NCBI GenBank assembly: GCA_030141605.1
Contig: JAQGDQ010001403.1
Location: 1 to 42,457, forward strand
DNA: 42,457 nucleotides
Source of the DNA: Tubiluchus corallicola
Lineage: Eukaryota > Animalia > Priapulida
Reading direction: 5' to 3'
Positions 1 through 13,423 of this stretch are shown here, in pieces. Each line of letters opens with the position of its first letter. Within the stretch, counting starts at the first letter, position 1. The position numbers were made by a program, and so were the translations under genes. The notes under the pieces were generated by a model, which ran no database searches, was not told the origin of the DNA, and was given only the letters and a program-made list of their open reading frames with translations.

Positions 1-11
1 AAATAAAGATT

Positions 12-504
<493 letters not shown>

Positions 505-811
505 GCGATTACCCACGAATAAAATTTCTTGTGCTAATTTTCCCGAACAACTCAACTTAATTCAATTTATCTATTTTATTACGTAATCCATTCATACTGT
601 ATAAGGATTTTCTAATGATTGGCCAATATCATGTTGATTTTTTTCATTATTATATGAAGCCAAGACAGTGATGTTATCTCACGTTTTCCTTAGACGAAAA
701 AATGGAAAAAAATATGACGAAAAACTCTCGAACATTTCAACCGCCCGCCGTTTCTTAATTATTTCTAACAGATGTCAGTTGCGAAAAAAAACGTAATTAA
801 ATGACTGTCGT

Positions 812-2822
812 TAGATAACAACTCGGGGAGGTTGAAACTAGATCGCAGCCTCACAAAACTATGAGGTTGAAACTAGATCGCAGCCTCGCAAAACTAAGAG
901 GTTGAAACTAGATCACAGCCTCACAAAACTAAAGATAACAACTCATGGATGTTGAAACTAGATCGCACCCTCACAAAACTATGAGGTTGAAACTAGATCG
1001 CAGCCGCACAAAACTATGAGGTTGAAACTAGATCGCAGCCTCACAAAACTATGAGGTTGAAACTAGATCGCAGCCTCACAAAACTATGAGGTTGAAACTA
1101 GATCGCAGCCGCACAAAACTATGAGGTTGAAACTAGATCGCAGCCTCACAAAACTATGAGGTTGAAACTAGATCGCAGTCTCACAAAACTATGAGGTTGA
1201 AACTAGATCGCAGTCTCACAAAACTATGAGGTTTAAACTAGATCGCAGCCTCACAAAACTAAAGGTAACAACTCGTGGGGGTTGAAACTAGATCGCAGTC
1301 TCACAAAACTAAAGGTAACAACTCGTGGAGGTTGAAACTAGATCGCAGCCTCACAAAACTATGAGGTTGAAACTAGATCGCAGCCTCACAAAACTATGAG
1401 GTTGAAACTAGATCGCAGCCTCACAAAACTAAAGATAACAACTCATGGAGGTTGAAACTAGATCGCACCCTCACAAAACTATGAGGTTGAAACTAGATCG
1501 CAGCCGCACAAAACTATGAGGTTGAAACTAGATCGCAGCCTCACAAAACTATGAGGTTGAAACTAGATCGCAGCCTCACAAAACTATGAGGTTGAAACTA
1601 GATCGCAGCCGCACAAAACTATGAGGTTGAAACTAGATCGCAGCCTCACAAAACTATGAGGTTGAAACTAGATCGCAGTCTCACAAAACTATGAGGTTGA
1701 AACTAGATCGCAGTCTCACAAAACTATGAGGTTGAAACTAGATCGCAGCCTCACAAAACTAAAGGTAACAACTCGTGGGGGTTGAAACTAGATCGCAGTC
1801 TCACAAAACTAAAGGTAACAACTCGTGGAGGTTGAAACTAGATCGCAGCCTCACAAAACTATGAGGTTGAAACTAGATCGCAGCCTCACAAAACTATGAG
1901 GTTGAAACTAGATCGCAGCCTCACAAAACTAAGAGGTTGAAACTAGATCGCAGCCTCACAAAACTAAGAGGTTGAAATTTGATCGCAGCCTCGCAAAACC
2001 AACTGAAGATAACAACTCGTGGAGGTTGAAACTAGATCGCGGTCTCACAAAACTATGAGGTTGAAACTAGATCGCAGCCTCACAAAACTATGAGGTTGAA
2101 ACTAGATCGCAGTCTCACAAAACTATGAGGTTGAAACTAGATCGCAGTCTCACAAAACTATGAGGTTGAAACTAGATCGCAGCCTCACAAAACTAAAGGT
2201 AACAACTCGTGGGGGTTGAAACTAGATCGCAGTCTCACAAAACTAAAGGTAACAACTCGTGGAGGTTGAAACTAGATCGCAGCCTCACAAAACTATGAGG
2301 TTGAAACTAGATCGCAGCCTCACAAAACTATGAGGTTGAAACTAGATCGCAGCCTCACAAAACTAAGAGGTTGAAACTAGATCGCAGCCTCACAAAACTA
2401 AGAGGTTGAAATTTGATCGCAGCCTCGCAAAACCAACTGAAGATAACAACTCGTGGAGGTTGAAACTAGATCGCGGTCTCACAAAACTATGAGGTTGAAA
2501 CTAGATCGCAGCCTCACAAAACTAAAGGTAACAACTCGAGGAGGTTGAAACTAGATCGCAGTCTCACAAAACTAAAGGTAACAACTCGTGGAGGTTGAAA
2601 CTAGATCGCAGCCTCACAAAACTAAAGGTAACAACTCGTGGATGTTGAAACTAGATCGCAGCCTCACAAAACTATGAGGTTGAAACTAGATCACAGCCTC
2701 ACAAAACTAAGAGGTTGAAACTAGATCACAGCCTCACAAAACTAAAGATAACAACTCGTGGAGGTTGAAACTAGATCGCGGTCTCACAAAACTAAAGGTA
2801 ACAACTCGTGGAGGTTGAAATT
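812..2822 (+). repeat. Tandem satellite, 35-bp unit GAGGTTGAAACTAGATCGCAGCCTCACAAAACTAT with a 50-bp variant; higher-order periods of 500 and 434 bp
   Basis: Units start at 828, 863, 898 (35 bp); 1278 to 1328 (50 bp). Diagnostic variants recur at 901/1401 and 1971/2405. Confidence 0.97.
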
Positions 2823-3338
2823 AGAGTGCTTCAACATTAATTGAGGGCAAAAAAGGTAAGTGGTCACGGTAAGCACTTGCCTATTAAGTTAAGCACCAGT
2901 GAGCCTGGTAATTATATACCATAGGTGACTCCTGGGAAATTTGCTACTTCTGATAAAATTTCAAACTTTACTCAGTGTCATCTAAACTTGTTTCAAATGA
3001 CCTATCGTCAAAATGTCTGCGTCTAACGGTCATCGTGGGAGTTTAAATTGACACATTTTATACTGTTAAACTACGTTACTGCCGGCGCAAGAGCTGCCTA
3101 CAAAAAGGCAGTAAGTGGTATAAAATTCCAAGGCGATATTTTTCGGCTTTATGTAAGAAGAGGATTTTCTTGTGCTTTAACTTCCGGTTAAGTTTTAGTG
3201 TCCAAACTGCTATGTGTCAAGCTGTACGTACAGAAAAACTATTTAAACCTTGACAAAATGCAGCATGACCAAGACGTGATAATTATCTATGTGGGAATGT
3301 CTCAATTAGCTACAAGATGCTGAGCATTGAATGTAATT

Positions 3339-3879
3339 GTTGTTGTTGGCATCCTTCTGTCTCGAAAGACAATGGAGTGTGCGCCAAGAGAGTCAGTTAT
3401 TGATCACATTGATGGAGCTGCAGCGTCGACTGTGGCTGAGCAGTGCGATCCTTGAACGTCTCCAGGGCGCACGCCTGGGCAAGGTGTATGGAGATCCTGA
3501 GTTGCCCAGACAACAGGAACCCCCTCTCTTCCTCCCTGGTGTAGTCCAAAGGAAATTGGAGCGATACGTTTGGCACCAGGTTGGCTGCAGGAGCTGCCGG
3601 AGTCAGTGAGCATGCTGCACTGGTCCGCCTTCGGGACTCCACTCCTGATTTGGAAGGTTTACTCCTCTACACATGGCCTTTGGGTCACTTGACCTCCTCC
3701 GCCTTCTAGCCGTTGGCTGCTTGTGCAGCTCCTCTGCCTAGTGTCGAGATACAGCGTGGACATCCCGCAAGCTTACAGTGCCTAGGCGGTCACCCATCAA
3801 AGTACTAACCAGACTCTACGTTGCTTAACTTCGGTGATTAGACGAGAACCGGTGTTTTCAACGTGATTTGGCCGTAGTC
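3339..3879 (-). mobile_element. 5S rRNA-derived SINE (SINE3 type) with RTE-LINE-derived tail
   Basis: Minus strand begins GACTACGGCCAAATCACGTTGAAAACACCGGTTCTCG (5S-like), tail reads SRIALLSHSRRCS, ends (CAA)n; 8-bp TSD ATGTAATT at 3331-3338 and 3880-3887. Confidence 0.9.
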
Positions 3880-6202
3880 ATGTAATTAAATGAACGAAAT
3901 ACAATGAAAACCAGACGATGCTGTTCACAGAGAAACATGAAACTTCACATGAATCACATGAGAAAACATTCAAACGATCCCGTGATGAACTATTTGGCTT
4001 AATCACATCTACATTAACTCCCGGTGAAAAAACAGATAAGTTTAACGGATGAAGCTCGTGAGAAACACATTGACAAAAATCAGATTTCTCTGTTTAATCC
4101 AAAATTAGTTAGACTATGATTTGACAAATAGAAAATATAAACTCAAAAATGCGAAATTAAAAAATTTTGACAAGTTTGTCTAATATGTAATCTCATATTC
4201 GAAATTTTTGCCTACTTTATTAGCGAAGATCAAAAGTACAGTAAGTGTCGCAACGCACACTGACTGACTGATTGACTAGAAACAGTCATTCCGTTGTACA
4301 ATATTAAATAAATAAAACAACGTTTATTAAACAAAAACAGCAACGTTTATGAAAAAATTACTAGCATGATATGGAAAAATCTGATATTTTAATAAATGTG
4401 TTAGTTGTGCACAAGTAAAACTAGACAGAATTACTGATTCATACTAATTTAGTGGCAGTTAATGTAAAAGTTTAACTGTTAAAGGCCCCAGCTACGTTTT
4501 AACTGAAAATTGACCAATTGATTAGAATCAATCTCATTTTAATTTACAGTGCAATATTTCTTGCCTAAAATGTTTTCACAAAAGTTAACAATTGTTTCTT
4601 ATATTTGAATAATTAGCTTAGAAAATTATTTAACGGCAACCGAATACAGCTATTGTTTACGTCAGAAACTAAGCACAGTTTGTGCAATGGCAGGCGCCTT
4701 CCCTTGCGCAACAAGCACATCTGCATAACTGTTGCAGTGCATGATGTCACGGAAAATGGGATTCGCATCATATGACATCAGAAACTAACACTGCAGTTCA
4801 TGATCATCCTTATCACGGTGCCGCCTTCTATTTATCGGCCACGCGAACGTGACAAAAAGGCGCCGTTGCCAATCTTAGCCGCGCGTAGCTTTGATTTGAG
4901 TATCCGAGGTAATTATTATTTAATCTACGCTTTGATTTCATCAAACTCTCCTGTTTCTCTATCAACAATATTAATTCTCCTTTCAAAAACAATAAGCTCC
5001 CACTTCCTGAAAACACCAGTATGAATAACAGAACACTAAATTTAAGAAACATTAGAACGATATGGAAAGAATTCCATTACCAAGCAAGCAATACAACTTT
5101 GGAATTCATTACCGACATCACTAAAACACAGCAGCTCTTTATCAATATTAAAGTCTAAATTAAAAAAAACATTTAATGACTCGTTTTGAATATCCGACAT
5201 ACGAACACCAGACGCATTTGCCCAGAACAGTGTATGTTTTTTATGTGAACTAACACTGATTGTCTGTCTTTTATTATGATGGTTAATGTTTTTAAAAATT
5301 TTACTACTACTACTAGTTTTCAATATTTTAGAGCATTCTTTATTGTGAACTAATGTTTACACAATCGTCCGATTTTCCATTATACTTTGTCTCTGCGTTA
5401 AACTCGTCAAGGTCTAAGCCTAAGGCTTAGTATCTGCAGCCATTCTGCTTCATTCCAGCACGGTGCTGCCATCTATACGCAAGATGGACAGTTTACAGCC
5501 GCGCGTCGAAGATACAGTCTCTCAAGGTCGCCTGCTGCTGTTTAGAATTTATGCAGGCAAGTTTTAAACACGCGATATGAAAGACAGAACCAGTGGAGCT
5601 ACTAAGCAACAACCTGACATCCTGTACGACTGACTGCAATATAATCATAAATTCAAAAGCTTGAAGCAACAACCATAGCGCCATAACGCTGCTGGAAAAC
5701 TTATTGCGTGATTTATTAGCTAAGTGAAATAAATCATTTCGGCAGATAAACTTGTCATTAATTCAGACGGTAGGATGAGTTACAATGTGGAAAAGAGGGA
5801 ACTTGGTCTCAATGAAAGAGAGATGTGGTTTTAATCGCATCTACAGTCCATATCAGCATTTAAAACAAAATTAAAATCACTAATATTAACCAGATATGAA
5901 ATACCATCACACCAGTAAGACAACATACACACTAATTCAGAATTCATATATCCACGGCCATATTAATTAAATCATAATTTTTTCATTTTTTGTGCATAGT
6001 TGTAAATATGTTTGATTTTATTCGTCGTTACTTTCCATTACTGCACAGTAGTTTAGATTGCACTGACGCATTTGCCTTTAGCAGTGTAAGTTTTTATTAA
6101 CTAACACTGATTGATCATCTCTGTAAAGTTTTTATGAGTGATTATCAATGTATTTTAATGGCAAATAAAGATTATTATATACAACGTAATTTCAACAGCG
6201 AA

Positions 6203-6613
6203 AAATTCCACGAGCGTGTTGCACATGTTTGTGAAAGCGAAAATTGAAGTACAGTGCTACTGTAAGATATTCAGTGTGTTTTATTAAAACTAGGCAACTT
6301 TTAACATAAAAATTCAAATTTACCGCTGCACTCACGCGCCAGCTGTCAAACATGTGCAGTTCATCGCAGAAAAACACATCAAGGTACAGCACCTGCTTTT
6401 TGTGCAATGCATTTCCGAAATGCAAGCACTACTGTCCGTCTAACGAGTGAATGGCGAAATGCTAGCAAAGAACTAGTGGCCCGAACGGGAAATTGCATTT
6501 GTGTGGTAACAATTCTTTCACGCAAGTCATTTTTGAAAAAATAGTATGTTTCCTTTCAAGATTTTAAAGAGTAGACTGTTTTGACCTACAGTTCAAGATT
6601 GGGTCCGGTTTTG
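6203..6613 (+). repeat. Unclassified ~410-bp dispersed repeat
   Basis: Colinear diverged copy at ~25353-25762 in the same orientation, in addition to the mirror copy at 35845-36255. Confidence 0.75.
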
Positions 6614-7475
6614 CTTTAATACTTGCTTGCTGCAAGATTTTAATTTTGGTTACTTGAGTAAAATTTGCGCATAGTTTGAAACTTTGGAAAAAAACGAATT
6701 CAAACAATAGCGAGAGGCATGAAAAGTCGATGTTCCTGCACATATTTCTGTACACACTGGATAACCTAATGAACGTTAAGTTCCATTATAACTTATAAGT
6801 TTATTTATTTCCACTCTGCACCTAACAGTTATAATAAAAATACAGATAATTTCACTGAAGTAAATATAAATATAAATGCAATATTATCCAAAAATTACAA
6901 AAGAGATTTATGCAGCATATACATGTGCAAATTACATTATAGAATAATTTTGATGCATACAGTTTGAGCCTAAAAGCATAGCTTGACAGGCCAAACTGTA
7001 CGTGGAAATCTTAAAGAAATGATTAATAATTGAAATAATGATAATACATACATAAAAGTGGGGGGAGTAGTGAACGAAAGATGAAATGGAGGGAGAACTA
7101 AGAAAAACTGTGATCATGATTATAAAGTGTTCAGTAACCTGTTGAGCATAGTCAAGTGATTAAGATTACTGTGAAAAAAGAATGCAGGTGATTACCATTA
7201 TCAAACTGTGTTAATCTCAATACTTCTGAAATATTTCTTTTCTGACGGTTTTTTAAAAGCTGAAAGGGAGTGACTACATTTTGAATTGCAGCTGATTAAT
7301 AACAGTTCTATTTTTAACTCGTTAATGACTCAGTTTGTCACCATATATTTTAGAAAGAAGAACATCAATAACAAACACCTTGGGCAGAATGCCAATTAGC
7401 TTGCTGGAAAGAAATTTATGTGAATCATGAGGGGCTTCACAATGCAAGTAACAGGTAAGTAAATAGGTGCCCTAC

Positions 7476-8472
7476 CTGGCTGACTCGAATGGCTTCCTTC
7501 CGTATCCGTCCCCGTCTCCGTTTTGTTTGCGCCGTCGCCTTCGCTAAACAACGAGGAAGTGTTATTAAAGTCGTGAGGCGACAAGGATAATTCCTGATTT
7601 CCGTCGATTAAATTAGCGTTTCCGTCGATCAGATTAGCGTTTCCGTCTTCGCTAAACAGATCGCCAAACGACGCGTCTGCAGTCGGAGCCGAGACGGTGT
7701 TGCCTAAAAGAGTGGTTGTGTCGAGCGCTCCGATGCTCGTGGGGTTACTGACTTGAATTTCAAACCCTCCTTCTTGCAGGACGTCCGTTTCGTAGTTGAT
7801 CTGACTCAGCATCGTGTCGCCGGACGTGTGCCGAAATCTCAGCGCGTCGTCCGGACCGACCGTTCTCTGAACCGAAGCAACGACACCCGCGCTGCCAAAC
7901 GATCCCGCAACGGAATTATCCTGATATGCGTTCGCGGGATCCGCATCGGAGTAGGAAACGTTAGTGGACTGATCTCCGGACGACAGAAGCACTTCTTGAG
8001 CAGGGTTGGGAAAGTTTTGAGTGTCGTGCGACTGTTGCATCATCGTCGTCTGGTACCCGCTGCTAGAGCCGGCCGGGTTGTGAAATTCTACTTGTCCAGG
8101 CATATCTAACGAAGAACAAGAAGTGAGTTGAGCGGCTATATTCGTGGCTTGACACTGTCCATTCATGTTTTCCATGCCTCCCAATGTCTGCATGGCACTT
8201 GCGGTCAAATCCGCCGGGGGAGGGAAAATAAAGCGGGTGTGTTTGTGAGCACTGCTGGGCGTATGTGGTGTCATGGTGTTGTGATATCCGGGTGACTGGG
8301 TTTGGTAACTAGGCGACGCCACTTCCTCTTTGACAGCGAAGGTGAAATGTTGAGCGTTTTGATGAGGCGAATACTGGGCAATCATTTGATGATTAACGGG
8401 AGAAGTCAACGGTGAATGCAACTGTTGCTGACTCAATGCTGATGATGACATTGGTGATGATATGTTCTGCGA

Positions 8473-8503
<31 letters not shown>

Positions 8504-8904
8504 GGTTGCTGATACTTGGACCTGCTGTAATTCGGTACTTCGGGATACTGGAACACGTGCGGATCGACGTTATGACCGGTCGACAGTACTTCGTCAAACG
8601 GCGACGATGGAACGCTGCCGTGCTGAACAACGTCGAATGGAGAAGACGGAACGCTGCCGTGGTGGTGCACGATACGTTGAGGTTCCTCAAAAGGTGACGA
8701 AGGCATACTGCTGTAGTTTCCCGAGTGCTGAGGCGACATGATCGGATAGCACTGGTTACTCGAGTAAGCTTTGTGTCCCTGCAGTTGCCTTGACAACACA
8801 GGATACGTTTGTATGGAACACTGTTTTTCGAGCGTCGTGTCATGCGACAGGGACAGATCTGCGTGAGATATACCTTGATTGTACGCCATGGCACAGTTAC
8901 TGAC
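7476..8904 (-). CDS. Large coding exon (1,429 bp) encoding a disordered Ser/Pro/Gln-rich, transcription-regulator-like region; left copy
   Basis: 497-aa ORF 7396-8889, clearly GC-richer than flanks; acceptor TTTGTTATTTCGTAG before 8904, in-frame GCCATGG at 8889, donor CAG|GTAGGG at 7476; internal repeats differ only synonymously. The ORF tail GRAPIYL... is probably intron read-through. Confidence 0.88.
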
Positions 8905-8963
8905 CTACGAAATAACAAAAACAAATGATCTTACTGCAACAAATGAGCAAATAGCTAGTACTA

Positions 8964-8964
8964 T

Positions 8965-9021
<57 letters not shown>
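8964..9021. repeat. (ATCA)n microsatellite
   Basis: Direct reading; source of the SINQ-repeat ORF. Confidence 0.97.
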
Positions 9022-9022
<1 letters not shown>

Positions 9023-9425
9023 TTATTTCACTCCAGCAATACATATACAATACATCAACATACAATATTATTGAAACAAAAGAAACAGTATAGGTAAAAA
9101 AAAATGTTGATGAAGTCGAATTAACGAAATAAAAGAGTTGCTGTATGACACCTTGAAAGCTTGGCTTGTTAGGGTGGCACAAATGAGTGACTGAAAGAAT
9201 GTTTAGGATTAGTAGACATGATGGAATGGAAAAAACAGTAAGATTAGGGATAGGAAGAAGGAAGGGAAGGGAGGATGAGTGAATGAAAGAATGGTTAGGA
9301 TGATGGAATGGAAAAAAATAGTAAGATTAGGGATAGAAAGAAGGAAAAGAGGAGAAGAAACGACCACAGTGTATGTTTAATTCACATAGAGGTATATTAA
9401 AATAGCATTATAATTGATTGGAGGC

Positions 9426-9500
9426 CTATAGATGAGATATACCTGGATTATATGCCATGACACATTTACTGACCTACAAAATAATAAAAACAAATGATCT
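9426..9500 (-). pseudogene. Degenerate duplicate of the splice acceptor and first codons of the large exon (MAYNPGISHL*)
   Basis: Aligns with ~8865-8930; acceptor AG and ATG retained, stop after 10 codons. Confidence 0.8.
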
Positions 9501-10581
9501 GACAACTTGATTAACTTCATTAAATAAGTAATTAACCAGTTCAACAGATGCAAGTAATTTGTATGTAAAAATAAAGGTAACAAAGAATCAGTTTAAGATA
9601 TCTCTTTTGGCCGGCCTAGAACATCAGTTCAAGGAATCTCTTTTGGCCGGCCCAGAACATTCTACTCAGGCGGTTGAAGGTTTGAAACTCACTCATTCTA
9701 GAATCCTAGACAAACATTTATGTAAAGCTACACTCATTTCACAGAGCAGAGTTAGTGTTGCCACACTACCGATATGGCTAGGAGCCTCCTGAAATTCAGC
9801 AATTGATCGACAGTTTGGTCGGATTTTTTTTAAAAATTCTGAAACGTCCCGATTTCGACCATAGCATTGTAATTTAAGCACGAAATACGGAAATAAAACT
9901 AGAATGCTACTGAACCTTTATATAAGGTTCAGCTAATAACTGTCGTATCTCTGTCAATTTAACAGTAAGCTTATTAAATTAAGTTTAATTATTTTGTAAA
10001 AAGCTTCATCTTATAATTTTTGTCTAATTTTTTCACCAATATTTACTGCAGTAGCAAGTGCAATGCAAGTAATCTTTGAACATTTGCTCACTTTGCTTGA
10101 AAGAATTTGGTCTTAATAACAGAAACAGCATGGAAGAGAAGATTTATCTAAATCCACTGATTTATCTAAAATTAGTGAAACAGAACCAAAGATTTAGTAC
10201 CTCAAGTCCACTTAGTCTCTTAATAAAGTTAAAATCTGCTGGTTTAATTCAAACAAGTGACAAAATTAAGACTACAGGTACAAGAAGCAACCATGAAAAA
10301 ATCAATAAATCAACGTGCAGCAACAAACCGCCTGCAAGCTGCTGCAAGGGTTTTTACCATTGAGCTTTCAAACTCAACGGCTTTTGGATAAACAAAATAA
10401 GATGCGGGCTGGGAAAATTCAGCCTCCCCATCACATTTGCATGGCAGCAGATGCTAAGCAGAGATGCTGCAGCTGCAACGCTTTACCCACTCCATGACCT
10501 CCAAGTACTGCCACGACATTGAGATGCTGTATCGGTGTTGTTTTAAAATTATTACCAGCCTCTGAGTGGACTCCCTGCTTA

Positions 10582-10701
10582 GTTAGTTTAAACATAATTT
10601 ATTATAGGATTAGATCAGACAGTTTGAAAAACATGATTTAGGATCCTCACCACAACAGTCTATACACCTCTCTCTCTCTCTCTTTCTCCCTCCCTCCCTC
10701 C

Positions 10702-10739
<38 letters not shown>

Positions 10740-11612
10740 CCTCTCTCTCTCTCTCTCTCCTCTCTCCCCCCCTCTCTCTCTCAGTTTAAACATAATTTAT
10801 TATACGATTGGATCAGACAGTTTGAACAATATGATTTAGGATCCTCACCACAACAGACTATACACACTATTTACAAAAATATTTACAGTAAGAATAGACT
10901 ATAACTACACAAGCTGACAAGTTTTACTACAAGATTACATTAGACATTAGTAGAAAATGACGGTTAGAAAATATTAATGTACGAATATTTAAGACTGATG
11001 CATTTCATATCTGACAGAAACTACTGGAAGCGTTTAGTACGTAATATAAAGTCATGTATGCATTGGAATGTTTTACAGTTAGCAACATAGTTAAATTCAT
11101 CTTTTTTCTCTCTCTCTCTCAGTTTAAACATAATTTATTTACGATTGGATCAGACAGTTTGAACAACATGATTTAAGATCCTCACCACAACAGACTTTAT
11201 ACACTATTTACAAAAACATTTACAGTAAGAATAGACTATAACTACACAGGCTGACAAGTTTTACTATAAAATTACATTAGACATTAGTAGAAAATGACGG
11301 TTAGAAAATATTAATGTACGAATATTTAAGACTCATGCATTTCATATCTCATAGAAACTACTGGAAGCGTTTAGTACGTAATATAAAGTCATGTATGCAT
11401 TGGAATGTTTTACAGTTAGCAACATAGTTAAATTCATCTTTTCCAAACAATAACAACTTCAACAGATCGTTAGTTCTTAAGGCAGCTATATTAAGGTTTT
11501 CGGGCAGAAGTATTTCATTTAATTTATCAAACATAACAACCTTAGCTAATTGATACAATGGGTAGTGCAACAAAAAGTGTTCAACAGACTCAAATCGAAA
11601 TCCACAGTTACA
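10582..11612 (-). mobile_element. 5'-truncated CR1/L2-group LINE with three successive 3' ends separated by (GA)n
   Basis: Translates CNCGFRFESVEHFLLHYPLY...FILRTKRFQ* (LINE ORF2 C-terminal CxCG..H..L.CP-type motif); tail AATAAATTATGTTTAAACT three times; 12-bp TSD ACTCCCTGCTTA at 10570-10581 and 11613-11624. Confidence 0.85.
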
Positions 11613-12076
11613 ACTCCCTGCTTACACATATCATTAGATATACGCATTTAAAACGTAATCATGTATAAACTTTATTTATTATAAGTGGATTAACACGCAG
11701 TAATATTACTCGGGGTATTTCCACTAGCATGTTTAGAGTTAGCATGTAATTCTTGAATTACGTGCGGTTGATAATAGAGCTGATCCGATAATAGCATTCC
11801 GTGTACATCATCATCATCATCATACGCCCGTCACGTCTATCGTAGACATTGGGCAGGCAGAATTCTAAAATAAAAGAAATCTGCCTTCAGACAGGTAAAC
11901 GCAGCAGTAATCCAGCAAAAAAACTAGACAATGCTACGCCAGTGGCTTGTCAGCACCACTTCCGACGAGTTCCGTGTACGTCATCGTTTGAACACTCAAA
12001 AAAAGTCTTAGTCAAATTGTTGCAACTACATGAAAGATTATCATGCAATCAAAACCTAATTCAGCTGCGGGTTCAC

Positions 12077-13121
12077 CTAGTAACAGTCTTCAGTTACATC
12101 AAAGGTAGGAGCAAAACTAGTAGCAGTCTGCAGTTACTTCAAAGGCAGGAGCAAAACTAGTAACAGTATGCAGTTACATCAAAGGCAGGAGCAATACTAG
12201 TAACAGTCTGCAGTTACATCAAAGGCAGGAGCAATACTAGTAACAGTATGCAGTTACATCAAAGGCAGGAGCAATACTAGTAACAGTCTGCAGTTACATC
12301 AAAGGCAGGAGCAATACTAGTAACAGTCTGCAGTTACATCAAAGGCAGGAGCAATACTAGTAACAGTATGCAGTTACATCAAAGGCAGGAGCCATACTAG
12401 TAACAGTCTGCAGTTACATCAAAGGCAGGAGCAATACTAGTAACAGTATGCAGTTACATCAAAGGCAGGAGCAATACTAGTAACAGTGTGCAGTTACATC
12501 AAAGGCAGGAGCAATACTAGTAACAGTCTGCAGTTACATCAAAGGCAGGAGCAATACTAGTAACAGTCTCCAGTTACTTCAAAGGCAGGAGCAATACTAG
12601 TAACAGTCTGCAGTTACTTCAAAGGCAGGAGCAATACTAGTAACAGTCTGCAGTTACTTCAAAGGCAGGAGCAATACTAGTAACAGTCTGCAGTTACGTC
12701 AAAGGCAGGAGCAATACTAGTAACAGTCTGCAGTTACTTGAAAGGCAGGAGCAATACTAGTAACAGTCTGCAGTTACGTCAAGGGCAGGAACAAAACTAG
12801 TAACAGTCTGCAGTTACTTCAAAGGCAGGAGCAAAACTAGTAACAGTATGCAGTTACATCAAAGGCAGGAGTAAAACTAGTAACAGTATGCAGTTACCTC
12901 AAAGGCAGGAACAAACTAGTAACAGTGTGCAGTTACTTCAAAGGCAGGAGCAAAACTGGTAACAGTATGCAGTTACTTCAAAGGCAGGGGCAAAACTAGT
13001 AACAGTATGCAGTTACATCAAAGGCAGGAGCAAAACTAGTAACAGTCTGCAGTTACTTCAAAGGCAGTAGCAAAACTAGTAACACTCTGCAGTTATACCA
13101 AGGGCAGGAGCAATACTTGTA
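12077..13121 (+). repeat. 40-bp minisatellite CTAGTAACAGTCTGCAGTTACATCAAAGGCAGGAGCAATA, ~26 copies
   Basis: Direct reading of 40-bp periodicity. Confidence 0.97.
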
Positions 13122-13423
13122 ATCCCTCTAAACATAATTAGATGCGTGAGCAATAAAACCCTCATTACACAGGAAACATTCTTTTGTCATTAATGGTATG
13201 TTATACAGCTGGAGCATTTGGCTCTGCCCAGCAAATAAATGCACATCTGGCATAGAGTGGCAGAGCAAAGTAGCTGCACCATGTTGTCTGCACTTGATGC
13301 GTTACACGTTTCACAAGAGTTCTGTCCACTAGTTACAACAGAGTAGTAGATACAGTAGCAGCAGCGCTGGCTGGGGCTGAGAAATGAAGATAATTGATAA
13401 AAACAGCTTGTTTTGACTGTGCA

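Noticed and set aside
812-2822. CRISPR-like array (35-bp repeats containing GTTGAAAC)
   Set aside because: Units are head-to-tail with no unique spacers; the only insert is one recurring ~15-bp segment; no cas genes; eukaryotic context.
7753-8924. Overlapping alternative-frame and antisense ORFs within the large exon
   Set aside because: Shadows of a GC-richer coding exon; the synonymous pattern supports only the 497-aa frame.
12077-13121. CRISPR-like array with palindromic repeat
   Set aside because: Continuous 40-bp minisatellite without spacers.
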